The notes under the pieces are model-generated. The model searched no databases. It saw only the letters and a list, made by a program, of their open reading frames with translations, and was not told where the DNA came from. Source: a virus (Duplodnaviria; Caudoviricetes). From it: 56,640 nucleotides of DNA. The stretch spans positions 1-56,640 of the IMG/VR virus record IMGVR_UViG_3300020056_001798; one strand, given 5' to 3'. Made by a program: the position numbers and the translations under genes. This document shows, piece by piece, positions 29,709-39,668 of the stretch (the first letter of the stretch is position 1; the number at the start of each line of letters is the position of its first letter).

Positions 29709-30585
29709 TGTAATTAGGTTTGCCGGAGCTCAGATTGCCTGTACTGACGATTTAGAAACTAATGTTTCTAATATCAAAAAAGCAATAGATTGGGCTCAGG
29801 TAAAAGAAGTAGATTATTTGCTTACACCGGAAGGTTCGCTTTCCGGTTATATTCCTGATTGGGATTCATATAAAGGACGTACCGTACAAGATGTAATTAA
29901 TGCAGAAGCTTTAGTGGTTGCATATGCAAAAGATGCAAAAGTGGGATTATGCCTAGGTACAATGTGGGCAGAAGATGATGATCGATTTCCGAAAGGATAT
30001 AGAAAAGAAAACCAAATACGTTTTTATTCTAAAACAGGTAACTTTTTGGGATCTACAAACAAACATCATACAATAACAAGTTATGATCAGACAGTTCCAA
30101 GTGAAGTAACTTTAATTGATATGGAAGATAGCAGACAAAATTTTTGGGCTGCTGGATTAATTTGTAACGATTTTTGGGGAGGGCCATTACGGGGACAACC
30201 TAGTTTACCTATGTTTGTCACAGATAATTTGAACGCACAAGTTATCTTTCACGCCACAAATGGTTTTAGAGGCGAATTGCCTAACTATGACGATATCACA
30301 GATGCTTGGCACGAAGGTAACTTACGTATGTTAAGTTATACTTGCGGCATTCCTATAATTACAGTTGATAATAGTTGTAAAATGAACGGGTTTCCGTATG
30401 AGGGGAAAACAAGTAGTGCAAGCGGCATATTATTAAACGGTGTTTGGCAAGTCAAAGTTCCTAGAACAGGCACTCAATATTTTTATTACGATTTTAATCA
30501 TAGCGACATAATTAATTTTGCAACTAGAAAACATCCAGATCAAGATATTTTAGATCAACGACCAGACATAACAGGAGAAATGTAA
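29701..30585 (+). CDS. carbon-nitrogen hydrolase, second paralog
   Basis: TPEG, TNKH and ICND triad motifs. Confidence 0.85.
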   Translation: MTDVIRFAGAQIACTDDLETNVSNIKKAIDWAQVKEVDYLLTPEGSLSGYIPDWDSYKGRTVQDVINAEALVVAYAKDAKVGLCLGTMWAEDDDRFPKGYRKENQIRFYSKTGNFLGSTNKHHTITSYDQTVPSEVTLIDMEDSRQNFWAAGLICNDFWGGPLRGQPSLPMFVTDNLNAQVIFHATNGFRGELPNYDDITDAWHEGNLRMLSYTCGIPIITVDNSCKMNGFPYEGKTSSASGILLNGVWQVKVPRTGTQYFYYDFNHSDIINFATRKHPDQDILDQRPDITGEM

Positions 30586-31304
30586 TGGCAACATCTGAAG
30601 AAAAACAAGAACTTGTAGATAAATTAAGCGGACCTAGATTTTATCGTATAAACCTATGGGGATACGGCGGTGAAGCTGCATACATTAACTTAAACCGTGA
30701 TCAGTATGAATTCTGGAATGAAGTAGTAGAAGAACACGGTGACAGTGATGTTGTAAATTATATGGTAAGTGCTGAAGATGGAGAGTTTGAGTTTGAGGAT
30801 ATTACCGGTGTACCCGACGAAGCTGATTTTATGAAAGACCAAGACGGTGACTATCGTCCTTGGTATGAACACCACAATGAATTTAGCCATCAATGGGGAT
30901 TAGAATATTCTAATGCAACTTTTAGTGTTGATGAAGTAGATTCTGCAGAGTATGGCGCAAACTATATAGGTGAAATTATTAATGGAACCAATCTCGATGA
31001 TTACATTCAAAATATTATGGAAGAATCTGACTACGAAGCAGAATTATTAGATTCTGGACCAGAAGAAGAATACGGAGATGAGTATGTGCTTCAATTTTAT
31101 AGTGCAGAAAAAGGAACATTCTTTGATGGTGTAATTGAAACTACTGGTGATTTTGACCCAAAAAAACTTAAGGTATATACGAGTGAATTTCCTAATGGAG
31201 AAGACATAATCACAAGCATTGAATACGATGGGGTAGACATTGATAATGAAGGTGGTGATACTAACGGAAAAGGTTATTCAGTTCACGTTTGGACGAATGA
31301 ATAG
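30585..31304 (+). CDS. highly acidic hypothetical protein
   Basis: SD AGGAG; GYGGE, EKGTFF and DTNGKG motifs. Confidence 0.75.
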   Translation: MATSEEKQELVDKLSGPRFYRINLWGYGGEAAYINLNRDQYEFWNEVVEEHGDSDVVNYMVSAEDGEFEFEDITGVPDEADFMKDQDGDYRPWYEHHNEFSHQWGLEYSNATFSVDEVDSAEYGANYIGEIINGTNLDDYIQNIMEESDYEAELLDSGPEEEYGDEYVLQFYSAEKGTFFDGVIETTGDFDPKKLKVYTSEFPNGEDIITSIEYDGVDIDNEGGDTNGKGYSVHVWTNE

Positions 31305-31695
31305 TTATTTCAATGAAATCACTTACAAAGTCAAAATGTTGAGACAATGGATAAAAAAGATCGTAGTTCATCACTTCACTTACAATTTCATAAGAACTAG
31401 ATCCTATATCTTGAAAGTATTTTCTATTTAATCCTTTTTTAGACCCATATGCAGGAAACACACCAGTTACAAATAAACAAGTATCGCCTAGCTCTTTTGC
31501 TGAATAATCGCCGGGCCGCGAAAGTTTTAGGTATGCTTCGGCAAAGGTTTCTTCAGGCAAAAACTCTGGTCGGTCTACGTAACTTGCTAACAGCATTACA
31601 ACGTAGGCCTCTATATCGTGTGGCAAATCATATCCGTGTTTGCCTTTGCTTTCTTGGACAACATCATAAAAGACATTGGTGTAAGCGTCTTGCAT
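31261..31695 (-). CDS. hypothetical protein
   Basis: MQDAY after TAAATA-5 nt; KELGDTCLFVTGVFP. Confidence 0.7.
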   Translation of the reverse strand: MQDAYTNVFYDVVQESKGKHGYDLPHDIEAYVVMLLASYVDRPEFLPEETFAEAYLKLSRPGDYSAKELGDTCLFVTGVFPAYGSKKGLNRKYFQDIGSSSYEIVSEVMNYDLFYPLSQHFDFVSDFIEITIHSSKRELNNLFR

Positions 31696-31710
31696 ATAAG
31701 TATTTATATT

Positions 31711-31947
31711 ATGACACCACAAGAAATATTTGAGTATAAACAAAGTTGGCTACCAGGTCACACTGTAAGACTACATAGCGATGTAGTTGATAGAGGCAAA
31801 ACTTGGTGCAAGCGTCAGTGTGAAAAACACGAATGGAGTTGCACAACGTGGACAAATGTTTACGAACACACTTTTCATTTTGAAAACATTTATGCAGCTC
31901 AAAACTTTGAAATGGAAATGGGAAGGTATGCTAATCAATGCACGTAG
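31711..31947 (+). CDS. hypothetical protein
   Basis: MTPQEIFEYK start, divergent from the previous gene. Confidence 0.65.
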   Translation: MTPQEIFEYKQSWLPGHTVRLHSDVVDRGKTWCKRQCEKHEWSCTTWTNVYEHTFHFENIYAAQNFEMEMGRYANQCT

Positions 31948-32528
31948 ACACACTTTTTTCTGTAGGTATAATGTCACACGATGTACCTGAAGAAATAGCA
32001 AATAAAGTAGAAAAAACTTTTTTAGAAAAAGAACACCAATTGCCTAACACCGGAAGCCAGTACGGAGATTTTGCATTACCTCAACGAGTTCTTGATCTAC
32101 AACACGATACACCCGAATTGTTCGAAGAAATTTTAAAAGTTAAGGATGCTTATTCAGATTGCACAGGACTAGAAGTAAGTCCAGGTTTGATGGAGTTTTG
32201 GACTCAAGATTACAAAGACGAAGGTAATAAACACGGAAGACATTGTCACGGAATACACGGCATTAGTGGAGTGTATTGGATTAGAGCAAATGAAAATGCA
32301 CAAGAACTTATTTTTCATAATCCAAATAATCTAGTTGATTATTCAAAACATTACAAAGATACACCCTGGAGTTGGAATAGTTTTGGTTATAAACCAAAAA
32401 AAGGTCTTATGCTATTTTTCCCATCATACTTAGAACACGAAGTTCAAGAATCGCCGCCAAACACAGTGCGCACAACAATAGCTTTTAATTTTCCTTATGT
32501 ACCAGGATTTAACCCGGAGAATAAATAA
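31938..32528 (+). CDS. 2OG-Fe(II) oxygenase
   Basis: HCH..ISGVYW, FFPSYLEHEV and RTTIAFN motifs. Confidence 0.85.
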   Translation: MHVDTLFSVGIMSHDVPEEIANKVEKTFLEKEHQLPNTGSQYGDFALPQRVLDLQHDTPELFEEILKVKDAYSDCTGLEVSPGLMEFWTQDYKDEGNKHGRHCHGIHGISGVYWIRANENAQELIFHNPNNLVDYSKHYKDTPWSWNSFGYKPKKGLMLFFPSYLEHEVQESPPNTVRTTIAFNFPYVPGFNPENK

Positions 32529-32531
32529 TAG

Positions 32532-32726
32532 ATGAGTAAAACAATAACATATAAAGTAGAAGACATATTTGAAGACATCGATGGTGATGACAAAAACGTA
32601 CTAATGAACATTCCTCCTGAAGTAAGTGAACGAATGGGCTGGCAACCAGGTGATGTATTAAAGATAACTGTTGAAGACGGAGTTATTACAATGTCTAAAA
32701 AAGAGGAGACAAATGGGGAAGAATAG
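32532..32726 (+). CDS. AbrB/MazE-like DNA-binding protein
   Basis: [19 protein letters not shown]. Confidence 0.78.
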   Translation: MSKTITYKVEDIFEDIDGDDKNVLMNIPPEVSERMGWQPGDVLKITVEDGVITMSKKEETNGEE

Positions 32727-32931
32727 CGACCTTTTTGAACTAGAAGGTGAAATAGTAGAAGTCCTGCCTAATCAAATGTTTAAGATACAGCTAGACAATG
32801 ATCATATTGTTACAGCATATACTGGCGGGAAAATGAGGCAATTTAGAATCAGATTAGTACAGGGTGACAGAGTAAGAGTAGAAATGACACCATATGATTT
32901 ATCTAAAGGCAGAATTACTTTTAGATTATAG
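32713..32931 (+). CDS. infA: translation initiation factor IF-1
   Basis: [42 protein letters not shown]. Confidence 0.96.
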   Translation: MGKNSDLFELEGEIVEVLPNQMFKIQLDNDHIVTAYTGGKMRQFRIRLVQGDRVRVEMTPYDLSKGRITFRL

Positions 32932-32992
32932 TTGACAAAGTCAAAAAACTATAATATAATATTAATTCATTCATCAAAAAGAGGAAAATTTA

Positions 32993-33388
32993 ATGTTTGA
33001 TTACGAAAAAGCTCGTCAGTCTACCCTAGCCTATTGGAATAACCAACCCCAAGATATTCCATTTTATATTAACGGCTTTACCGGCACGTTTGCATATTCA
33101 GATCATTCGCTGATACCACAATCTATTCAATCTTTTTTATTAGAATATTTTTGGGATCAACTTGCTGAGACTAGACGTAATCATATTACTTCTATTTCAT
33201 TAGATAAGATTAATTCTTGTTTAAATGAATTATGGGAGGGCCCTGGTAGTATGCAAAAACTGGTAAATATTATGTATGATATACGCAAATTTAGGCAATC
33301 TGGCGAAAATAATTCAAAAGATGTGCTCAAAGGGTATCATACACCGACTCTAGATTCAAATTTAGTGGTTGACACATCCGAAGATTGA
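32993..33388 (+). CDS. hypothetical protein
   Basis: Promoter at 32932 and SD GAGG. Confidence 0.6.
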   Translation: MFDYEKARQSTLAYWNNQPQDIPFYINGFTGTFAYSDHSLIPQSIQSFLLEYFWDQLAETRRNHITSISLDKINSCLNELWEGPGSMQKLVNIMYDIRKFRQSGENNSKDVLKGYHTPTLDSNLVVDTSED

Positions 33389-33431
33389 GTATATTATAGT
33401 AGTATAAGTTGTAACAAAATGGGGCTACGTT

Positions 33432-33893
33432 ATGGATATCTCGATTGAAGGCGGCACAGCATCACAACAGAAGCACGTCAAAAGTATTGTTGAGTTTTGT
33501 GCTGAGTTGCTTATGCCTAGATTAACAAATCTAGATATTCATATCAAGCTTACACAACTTAAAGATGCTTACGGGTATTGCTTGTCTAATGATTACGATT
33601 GTCCTAGCCGACCTAGACAGTTTGAATTAGAAATCCATAAAGGACTTAGACTTCGTAGACTATTAGAAACTGTATGCCACGAAATGGTTCACGTGAAGCA
33701 ATATGCACGGGGAGAGTTGTACGAAAGCACTATTCAAAATAAGCATAGGTGGCAAGGTAAATGGTTGGCAAAAGATCCTGAGTATTGGGATCGACCTTGG
33801 GAAATTGAAGCACACGGAAGAGAGTGTGGTCTATTTATTCGTTGGGCAGAAGCAAACGATTTAGGCGGTTATACCTGGACACACGACGAATAA
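33432..33893 (+). CDS. zincin-like metallopeptidase
   Basis: HEMVHVKQ...PWEIEA. Confidence 0.78.
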   Translation: MDISIEGGTASQQKHVKSIVEFCAELLMPRLTNLDIHIKLTQLKDAYGYCLSNDYDCPSRPRQFELEIHKGLRLRRLLETVCHEMVHVKQYARGELYESTIQNKHRWQGKWLAKDPEYWDRPWEIEAHGRECGLFIRWAEANDLGGYTWTHDE

Positions 33894-33900
33894 ATATAAT

Positions 33901-35277
33901 ATGCGATATGTAGAAATGACCCAACAAAAAATTGCTGATCTAAATGATTTATCTGATCTTGTAAAAAGGGTAAACGACCCTGCTCTTTACATACAAGACA
34001 CAAGAGAAACAGAAAAGTATGGTAGACCTTATCATCTTCGTACACTTAAAAAAGTATCCATACTAGACAAAGATGAGGCAGAACAGTTGCTTAAGAAAGT
34101 TGATGCCTCTATTACACTAAAGCCCACTTCGGCTAAACTAACATCTTATAGTCAAGCAGCACCATTTGAATTTCAGCATCAAGGCAAAACATATTATATT
34201 GCCACTCGCAGGAAGGTTGAAGGCAGCGGCAAGAGTGTAAAAGGGTTCAACAAAAAAGAATTAACGCCTGTAACACTAGGTCTAGGAAACGTATACACAA
34301 GCAAAAAAGAACTATATCAAGACATTAAAAGACTTGTAATAGAAAAATATGAAGATGACCGTCAAAATGCTCTGCTACATATTTTAGATAATGCTATGCA
34401 GTTTGGTTCGCAAAAGCCTATGCCAGAAGAACTTCAATATGTGTTAACTGGCACTAATCTAAAACAAATCAGCCAAGACTTTGGAGAGTGTATTGCTCCT
34501 CTATGTTATGCCGACGACAGTCAAACTATAGAATTCCCCCCAGGCAACGAACCTGTAGTTGATGTTATAGTAGGTGGACAAAAAATTGCTGTTAAAAGTT
34601 TGTCAGGAAGCGGAAACAGTCTTGTTAAGATGAAAGACATTGTAGACACTTATAAAGATACTCTTGATCCAAAAGATCTACAGCGACAAGCAAGATATGC
34701 AACGATTCAAAAACTTGCTGATCCAAGCAGAAGTGTAATAAATCTTATACTTGAGCTATGTATGGATTTAAAAACACCTGAAATGGTACAACTGATTGCA
34801 GATACTATTCCAAATGCATCTATAACAAAACTAGACGATCTTACAAAGGCAGTTAAAGTCTTGATATACAAAGATGGCAAACTTATACCATATCAGGATG
34901 TGATAGCAAAGTGTAAGGTAATATTAGGAGCCAGCAATCACAAAGTTTTTGGCATACCGAGAGATGTTGCAACTACAGGTGAAAAAAAGTTTAAAAGAGA
35001 TCCGGTACAGTATACAGCCTATATGATCACTTATGGGCTAGGCAAAGGTCTTGAAAACGTAATTGTCAGAGGCATTGATAAAGACGCATATGCAGAGATC
35101 ATAAAGGACATTATGACACAGGTTGAAGCTAGTGTTGGTTTTGTCGGAGTAAATGCTAACGGAATAATTGATCTAAAAATGAAGAAATTTAGCGATCTAG
35201 ATTTTAAGTTTGATTACCACGCATTTACTACAAATCCAGGAAATAATCGTCCAGGTTTTGCAATTATCTCAAATTAA
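33901..35277 (+). CDS. late protein with PD-(D/E)XK-like motif
   Basis: QDFGE and EPVVD...IAVKS; TAAATA-4 nt-ATG. Confidence 0.6.
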   Translation: MRYVEMTQQKIADLNDLSDLVKRVNDPALYIQDTRETEKYGRPYHLRTLKKVSILDKDEAEQLLKKVDASITLKPTSAKLTSYSQAAPFEFQHQGKTYYIATRRKVEGSGKSVKGFNKKELTPVTLGLGNVYTSKKELYQDIKRLVIEKYEDDRQNALLHILDNAMQFGSQKPMPEELQYVLTGTNLKQISQDFGECIAPLCYADDSQTIEFPPGNEPVVDVIVGGQKIAVKSLSGSGNSLVKMKDIVDTYKDTLDPKDLQRQARYATIQKLADPSRSVINLILELCMDLKTPEMVQLIADTIPNASITKLDDLTKAVKVLIYKDGKLIPYQDVIAKCKVILGASNHKVFGIPRDVATTGEKKFKRDPVQYTAYMITYGLGKGLENVIVRGIDKDAYAEIIKDIMTQVEASVGFVGVNANGIIDLKMKKFSDLDFKFDYHAFTTNPGNNRPGFAIISN

Positions 35278-35343
35278 TGGTTGACAAAGGGTCTAGATGA
35301 GCTTATACTATTATTAATAGTTAGGCATACACAGAGGCACACA

Positions 35344-36099
35344 ATGACAGCACATACGCTATATAGACCGATTGGTTGGGCTACTCGGCTATCTTCTAAA
35401 AAAGATGTTTTACCTTTGAGAACAGTATCAACACAAGATGCTTTGGCAGTGGCGGTGGCAGCACACCGTATTCGTAACGGCTATCAAAAGCACACTCAGC
35501 GTTACAGCACAGAAGGCAAAGTTACAGAACATTCAAACAAAGAAATGGTGAAATTTTATTTTGCCCAAAAATCCGGACACTATGTTGATCCTGATTTTGT
35601 TCTTTTCGAGCCGACAGCAGAAGACTACCAAACTGTAGCTGAAATACAAAAGTGGATGAAGCGTTATGTAATGCTAGGCTTAGGTGATTTAGATGACTTC
35701 AAGCGAGATATGATTCAATCGGTTTCTGAAGAAAGTGTTGCTGTAAATAATCTAGGTCGTGTTGCCTTTATTCCAGAGTTTGTAAAACGTGACCAGCACG
35801 AAAGCGGTCTTAAGAAAGAGATTCGTATTGAATATCGCGACAGTGTGCATCTTGGAAAAGATAAAGACAATGTAGAGGCTGTTGTGAAAATTCTTGACAA
35901 GCGTTATAGCGCACAATGGGAGTCGTATAATTACACAGCAGTAACCACAGATGGTAACCTTGTATCTTTTATGAACAAGTTCGAGCACAATGTTGGTGAT
36001 ACAAAGCGTGTAAAAGCAAAAGTAAAGGCACAAACAAAAAATCGTTTGTTCGATGCAAACGAAACTCGTTTAAATTATGTAAAGTTATACAAGGTGTAA
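35344..36099 (+). CDS. hypothetical protein with C-terminal OB-fold-like region
   Basis: Start moved downstream of the promoter at 35281; KAKVK...ETRLNYVK. Confidence 0.65.
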   Translation: MTAHTLYRPIGWATRLSSKKDVLPLRTVSTQDALAVAVAAHRIRNGYQKHTQRYSTEGKVTEHSNKEMVKFYFAQKSGHYVDPDFVLFEPTAEDYQTVAEIQKWMKRYVMLGLGDLDDFKRDMIQSVSEESVAVNNLGRVAFIPEFVKRDQHESGLKKEIRIEYRDSVHLGKDKDNVEAVVKILDKRYSAQWESYNYTAVTTDGNLVSFMNKFEHNVGDTKRVKAKVKAQTKNRLFDANETRLNYVKLYKV

Positions 36100-36101
36100 T
36101 A

Positions 36102-36377
36102 ATGGTTATTTTGAAAGAAACACCACACGATGTAGACAAGGATGGTATCCAAAGAGTCTACACGTTTGAAGATGGTACAATACTAAGTGCAATAAAAACT
36201 TCTTTTAGTTACGGCGGTGAGATGGACAAATGGGAAATCGCTGTTCTTGATGAAAATGGGGAATTTATTACACAAGAAGTTTGGAACGACACATACGATG
36301 ATGTAATTGGCTGGGTGAGCGACAGCAACTTAACCGAGTACGTAAAGGATGTTGAACTACACGTTGGAGGTATTTAA
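36102..36377 (+). CDS. hypothetical phage protein
   Basis: SYGG...WEIAVL...DDVIGW motif. Confidence 0.7.
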   Translation: MVILKETPHDVDKDGIQRVYTFEDGTILSAIKTSFSYGGEMDKWEIAVLDENGEFITQEVWNDTYDDVIGWVSDSNLTEYVKDVELHVGGI

Positions 36378-36580
36378 TGTTTACAGAAAATGTAATGTGG
36401 TTATTCGGTGCTTACCTAGCCGGGAGTTTTGCTACATATTTTTTGATGCTCAAGTCAACATATATTGATGCAAGCGGCAAAACCATTGACACGTTAATTG
36501 AAAACGGGTTTTTACGTCACCGTAAAAATGCAGACGGTGAAATAGAAATTTTAAAGTGGAACGACAACTCCGACGTATGA
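36377..36580 (+). CDS. small membrane protein
   Basis: SD GGAGG; N-terminal TM. Confidence 0.65.
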   Translation: MFTENVMWLFGAYLAGSFATYFLMLKSTYIDASGKTIDTLIENGFLRHRKNADGEIEILKWNDNSDV

Positions 36581-36864
36581 ACAAATTATTAAATGCAATT
36601 GTGTACTATGTAAAGGAAGATTGGAAAGAAAATCCTGCGCGATGTTTTTTAGAGATTATTGCTTGGTTTTTGAGTATATTTTGTGCAGTAACAATGATGC
36701 TCACAGTTCCTAATCCTCCTTTTTTATTGCTGTATCCTTTGTTCATATGTCAATGTGTAATATTTGCTTGGGCAGCGTGGACAAGACGTAGCACAGGTAT
36801 GTTAGCAAACTATATGTTACTAGTAACAATTGATAGTGTAGCATTAACAAGATTGGTTATGTAA
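36577..36864 (+). CDS. small 3-TM membrane protein
   Basis: ATGA coupling and three hydrophobic segments. Confidence 0.7.
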   Translation: MNKLLNAIVYYVKEDWKENPARCFLEIIAWFLSIFCAVTMMLTVPNPPFLLLYPLFICQCVIFAWAAWTRRSTGMLANYMLLVTIDSVALTRLVM

Positions 36865-37478
36865 TGATTAAGATCCAAGGCAAGTTGCCTAGAAAATTTT
36901 TCCTTGCTTGTTCTGGGGGAATTGACTCTATGGCAGCTTTGCACTTTCTAAAGAACAATCACGATATTACTGTGTTGCATTTTAATCACGGTACAGCACA
37001 CGGACAAAAAGCTGAACCTTGGTTAATCAAATACTGTAGGCAGAACGATATTCCTTTTATTATGGATCGTGTTAAAGAAACTATTCCGCCTGGTCCAAGT
37101 AAAGAAGAATGGTGGCGGGAAAAAAGATATAGATTTTTTGATTCTTACCCTGGATATCCTGTTGTAACTTGTCATCATTTAGACGATTGTGTAGAAACTT
37201 GGATTTGGTCGAGTTTACACGGCACAGGAAAAATTATTCCGTACAGAAGGAAACATATCATCCGTCCTTTTCGTCTCACACGCAAGAGAGATTTCGAACT
37301 TTGGGCAAGAATGAAGAATGTTCCTTTTTTAGAGGATGACAGCAACACTGATCTGTGTTATACTAGAAACTATATTAGACACGAAATGATGCCTCACATT
37401 TTGAAAGTAAATCCTGGCATCTACAAGACTATCTCAAAAAAGGTTAAAGAGGACCAAGATGGACATAAAACACCCTAA
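36864..37478 (+). CDS. tilS: tRNA(Ile)-lysidine synthetase, catalytic domain only
   Basis: SGGIDS PP-loop, HFNHG, RY, HHLDD..ET, IIRP and DDSN....YTRNYIRH. Confidence 0.88.
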   Translation: MIKIQGKLPRKFFLACSGGIDSMAALHFLKNNHDITVLHFNHGTAHGQKAEPWLIKYCRQNDIPFIMDRVKETIPPGPSKEEWWREKRYRFFDSYPGYPVVTCHHLDDCVETWIWSSLHGTGKIIPYRRKHIIRPFRLTRKRDFELWARMKNVPFLEDDSNTDLCYTRNYIRHEMMPHILKVNPGIYKTISKKVKEDQDGHKTP

Positions 37479-37875
37479 TGTTTTTGATATAGAAAAAGTA
37501 GAATCACTTTATACAGAAAAGGACGGTGTGCCGGTTAAGTATGTGTGTACTACTGATTTAAAAGCAAGCGATGTGCCTGTAGACATTTTTTATAGAGCTA
37601 CGCCACATCCTGAGTTTGGTAATTGTTACTTTGGATTGTACAACGACAGAATGAACGATCGTATGATGATTTGTAATGCAGATATCGTTGAAGATTTTGA
37701 ATTTGGAATGATCAAAGACAAAGATAATAATTGGTACTATTCTTGTAGTCATCACGATTGTATTTTTATTGACGGTAAAATGATTGACGGCGGAAGAAAA
37801 TATATTAGATCAACAGGACTTGACGGTGTATTTAAAATCGTTAAGGGTAAATTTGTGGAGAAAAATAATGGCTAA
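37459..37875 (+). CDS. hypothetical phage protein
   Basis: YSCSHHD...IDGGRKY motif. Confidence 0.7.
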   Translation: MDIKHPNVFDIEKVESLYTEKDGVPVKYVCTTDLKASDVPVDIFYRATPHPEFGNCYFGLYNDRMNDRMMICNADIVEDFEFGMIKDKDNNWYYSCSHHDCIFIDGKMIDGGRKYIRSTGLDGVFKIVKGKFVEKNNG

Positions 37876-38074
37876 AAAAGATGCTAGTAAATTTGAAGAC
37901 TTTCTCACAGATGATGATTATGGATTTATTGTTTGTTCAAAAACAGGTGTACTCAAAGGATTGTGGATACCTGAAAATCAAGAGGAAGAAGAAGTTCCGG
38001 AGACAATTGTAAATATCTGTAAGGATTACTTTAACATAGATCCTAACCAAGACGAGGATTATACAATCCACTAG
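37868..38074 (+). CDS. acidic hypothetical protein
   Basis: SD GGAG; start MAKKD. Confidence 0.65.
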   Translation: MAKKDASKFEDFLTDDDYGFIVCSKTGVLKGLWIPENQEEEEVPETIVNICKDYFNIDPNQDEDYTIH

Positions 38075-38082
38075 GAGAGTTT

Positions 38083-38325
38083 ATGGAAAATGTAGTAGAA
38101 CAATTATCTCAATTGGCACAAGAAGCAGCTCTTGCTGAACCTATCAATTGGGAAGGATTGAATTTGAAAAAAGAAGAAGTTTATAAACATATGGCAAAGA
38201 ATGTTTTAGACCAGATGGAAAGTGTAAACGAGCAAGAAAGAGCTGTCGTTGCTATGGCAACTATGACAAAACTTTTAGTTGAGAATTTTATTTACAAAGC
38301 GAGGTTAGAATCACGTAGTGAGTGA
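38083..38325 (+). CDS. hypothetical protein (tandem paralog 1)
   Basis: PINW..LNL and KLLVENF. Confidence 0.7.
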   Translation: MENVVEQLSQLAQEAALAEPINWEGLNLKKEEVYKHMAKNVLDQMESVNEQERAVVAMATMTKLLVENFIYKARLESRSE

Positions 38326-38563
38326 TAACTTCCTTGAGCCTGACAATGAGGCGATATTAAATTTAGTTGCTCTAGCAAAAGAAGGTGCTGAGTTTGATCC
38401 TATCGATTGGGGAGATCTAAATATTAGTGAGGATCAGGCATATATAATGATGGCAGCACACGTATTAGAGATGGAAAGAAACCACTTGACAGACGGAGCA
38501 ATTATTGTTAAACTGTTAGTAGAAAATTTTGTTTTAAACTTAAAACTGTTAGGAAAAAAATGA
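38318..38563 (+). CDS. hypothetical protein (tandem paralog 2)
   Basis: PIDW..LNI and KLLVENF. Confidence 0.7.
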   Translation: MSDNFLEPDNEAILNLVALAKEGAEFDPIDWGDLNISEDQAYIMMAAHVLEMERNHLTDGAIIVKLLVENFVLNLKLLGKK

Positions 38564-38784
38564 GAACTATCGTAGACAACAAAGCAATACTCACAAACAC
38601 CAATAGTGGTGTAAGTGCAGAAGCAGAAGCAGACAATTTTCAAGAAGGTAAGTCTTTTGACGCATTTCTTGCAACCAATAAAATTCCAATGCGCTGGAAT
38701 GGGCGTACCTATGTAGGTAATGCACACGGTATGGAATTTACCTCAGAAGGTCCTACAGTACGTTATATTAAGGAGGGACGCTAA
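38560..38784 (+). CDS. hypothetical protein
   Basis: Translationally coupled at both ends. Confidence 0.65.
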   Translation: MRTIVDNKAILTNTNSGVSAEAEADNFQEGKSFDAFLATNKIPMRWNGRTYVGNAHGMEFTSEGPTVRYIKEGR

Positions 38785-39401
38785 TGCCACTAGTACCAAT
38801 GGTTGTTGAGCAAGAAGCTCGCGGAGAACGTTCATACGACATTTATAGTCGTTTGATGAAAGATCGTATTGTAATGCTGAACGGTCCAGTAGAAGATAAT
38901 ATGGCTAATCTAATTGTAGCACAGTTGTTGTTCCTAGAGTCAGAAAATCCTGATAAGTCTATTAATTTGTACATTAACTCACCTGGCGGCGCAGTAACAG
39001 CAGGACTTGCTATTTACGATACAATGCAGTATATTAAATGTCCTGTGCGAACTATTGTAATGGGCCAGGCCTGCTCAATGGGATCATTCTTGGCACAGGC
39101 AGGTACTGCTGGAATGCGAATTGTATTGCCTGAAAGCCGTACAATGATTCATCGTGTTAGTTCAGGCACACCAGGCACAAGTGGATCTGTACACGTACAA
39201 GAACTACAGTTTGAAGATGCAAAACGTCATTACGAAGAGTCACAAAAGGTCAATAAACGTCTTACAGAACTTTATGTAAAGCACAACACAAAAGGTAAGA
39301 CATATGAAGAATTATTTGAAACAATGAAATTTGATACATTCTTAACTGCACAAGAAGCTGTTGATAACGGTTTCGCAGATAAGGTAGTAGAGAGTAGATA
39401 G
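38784..39401 (+). CDS. clpP: Clp protease proteolytic subunit
   Basis: [23 protein letters not shown] (Ser), MIH (His) and FDTFL (Asp). Confidence 0.95.
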   Translation: MPLVPMVVEQEARGERSYDIYSRLMKDRIVMLNGPVEDNMANLIVAQLLFLESENPDKSINLYINSPGGAVTAGLAIYDTMQYIKCPVRTIVMGQACSMGSFLAQAGTAGMRIVLPESRTMIHRVSSGTPGTSGSVHVQELQFEDAKRHYEESQKVNKRLTELYVKHNTKGKTYEELFETMKFDTFLTAQEAVDNGFADKVVESR

Positions 39402-39511
39402 TGACAGGTGTAATCGGTATAGGAGCAGTTATGATGATTGCTCCTATTTGCATAGGCATAACACTATATTACTCGTTTGTTTTTTCACAAAGAGGTAGAA
39501 ATGATGACTAA
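39401..39511 (+). CDS. 36-aa membrane peptide
   Basis: GTG start overlapping the clpP stop; one TM. Confidence 0.45.
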   Translation: MTGVIGIGAVMMIAPICIGITLYYSFVFSQRGRNDD

Positions 39512-39668
39512 TAGTCAATGGCACGGAGGAAAAGGCAGTGGAAGAAGAAAAGGCGCAGATGACGCAAAATACAGAGAAAGCTGGGAGCGAATCTTCGGTA
39601 AGCGAGACAATAGCAAGTCTCAAGGGAATACCGACAAAGGAAGATCTACTAAACCTACTAAAGAATGA
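39501..39668 (+). CDS. small basic phage protein
   Basis: SD GAGG; GGKGSGRR...YRESWERIF. Confidence 0.6.
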   Translation: MMTNSQWHGGKGSGRRKGADDAKYRESWERIFGKRDNSKSQGNTDKGRSTKPTKE

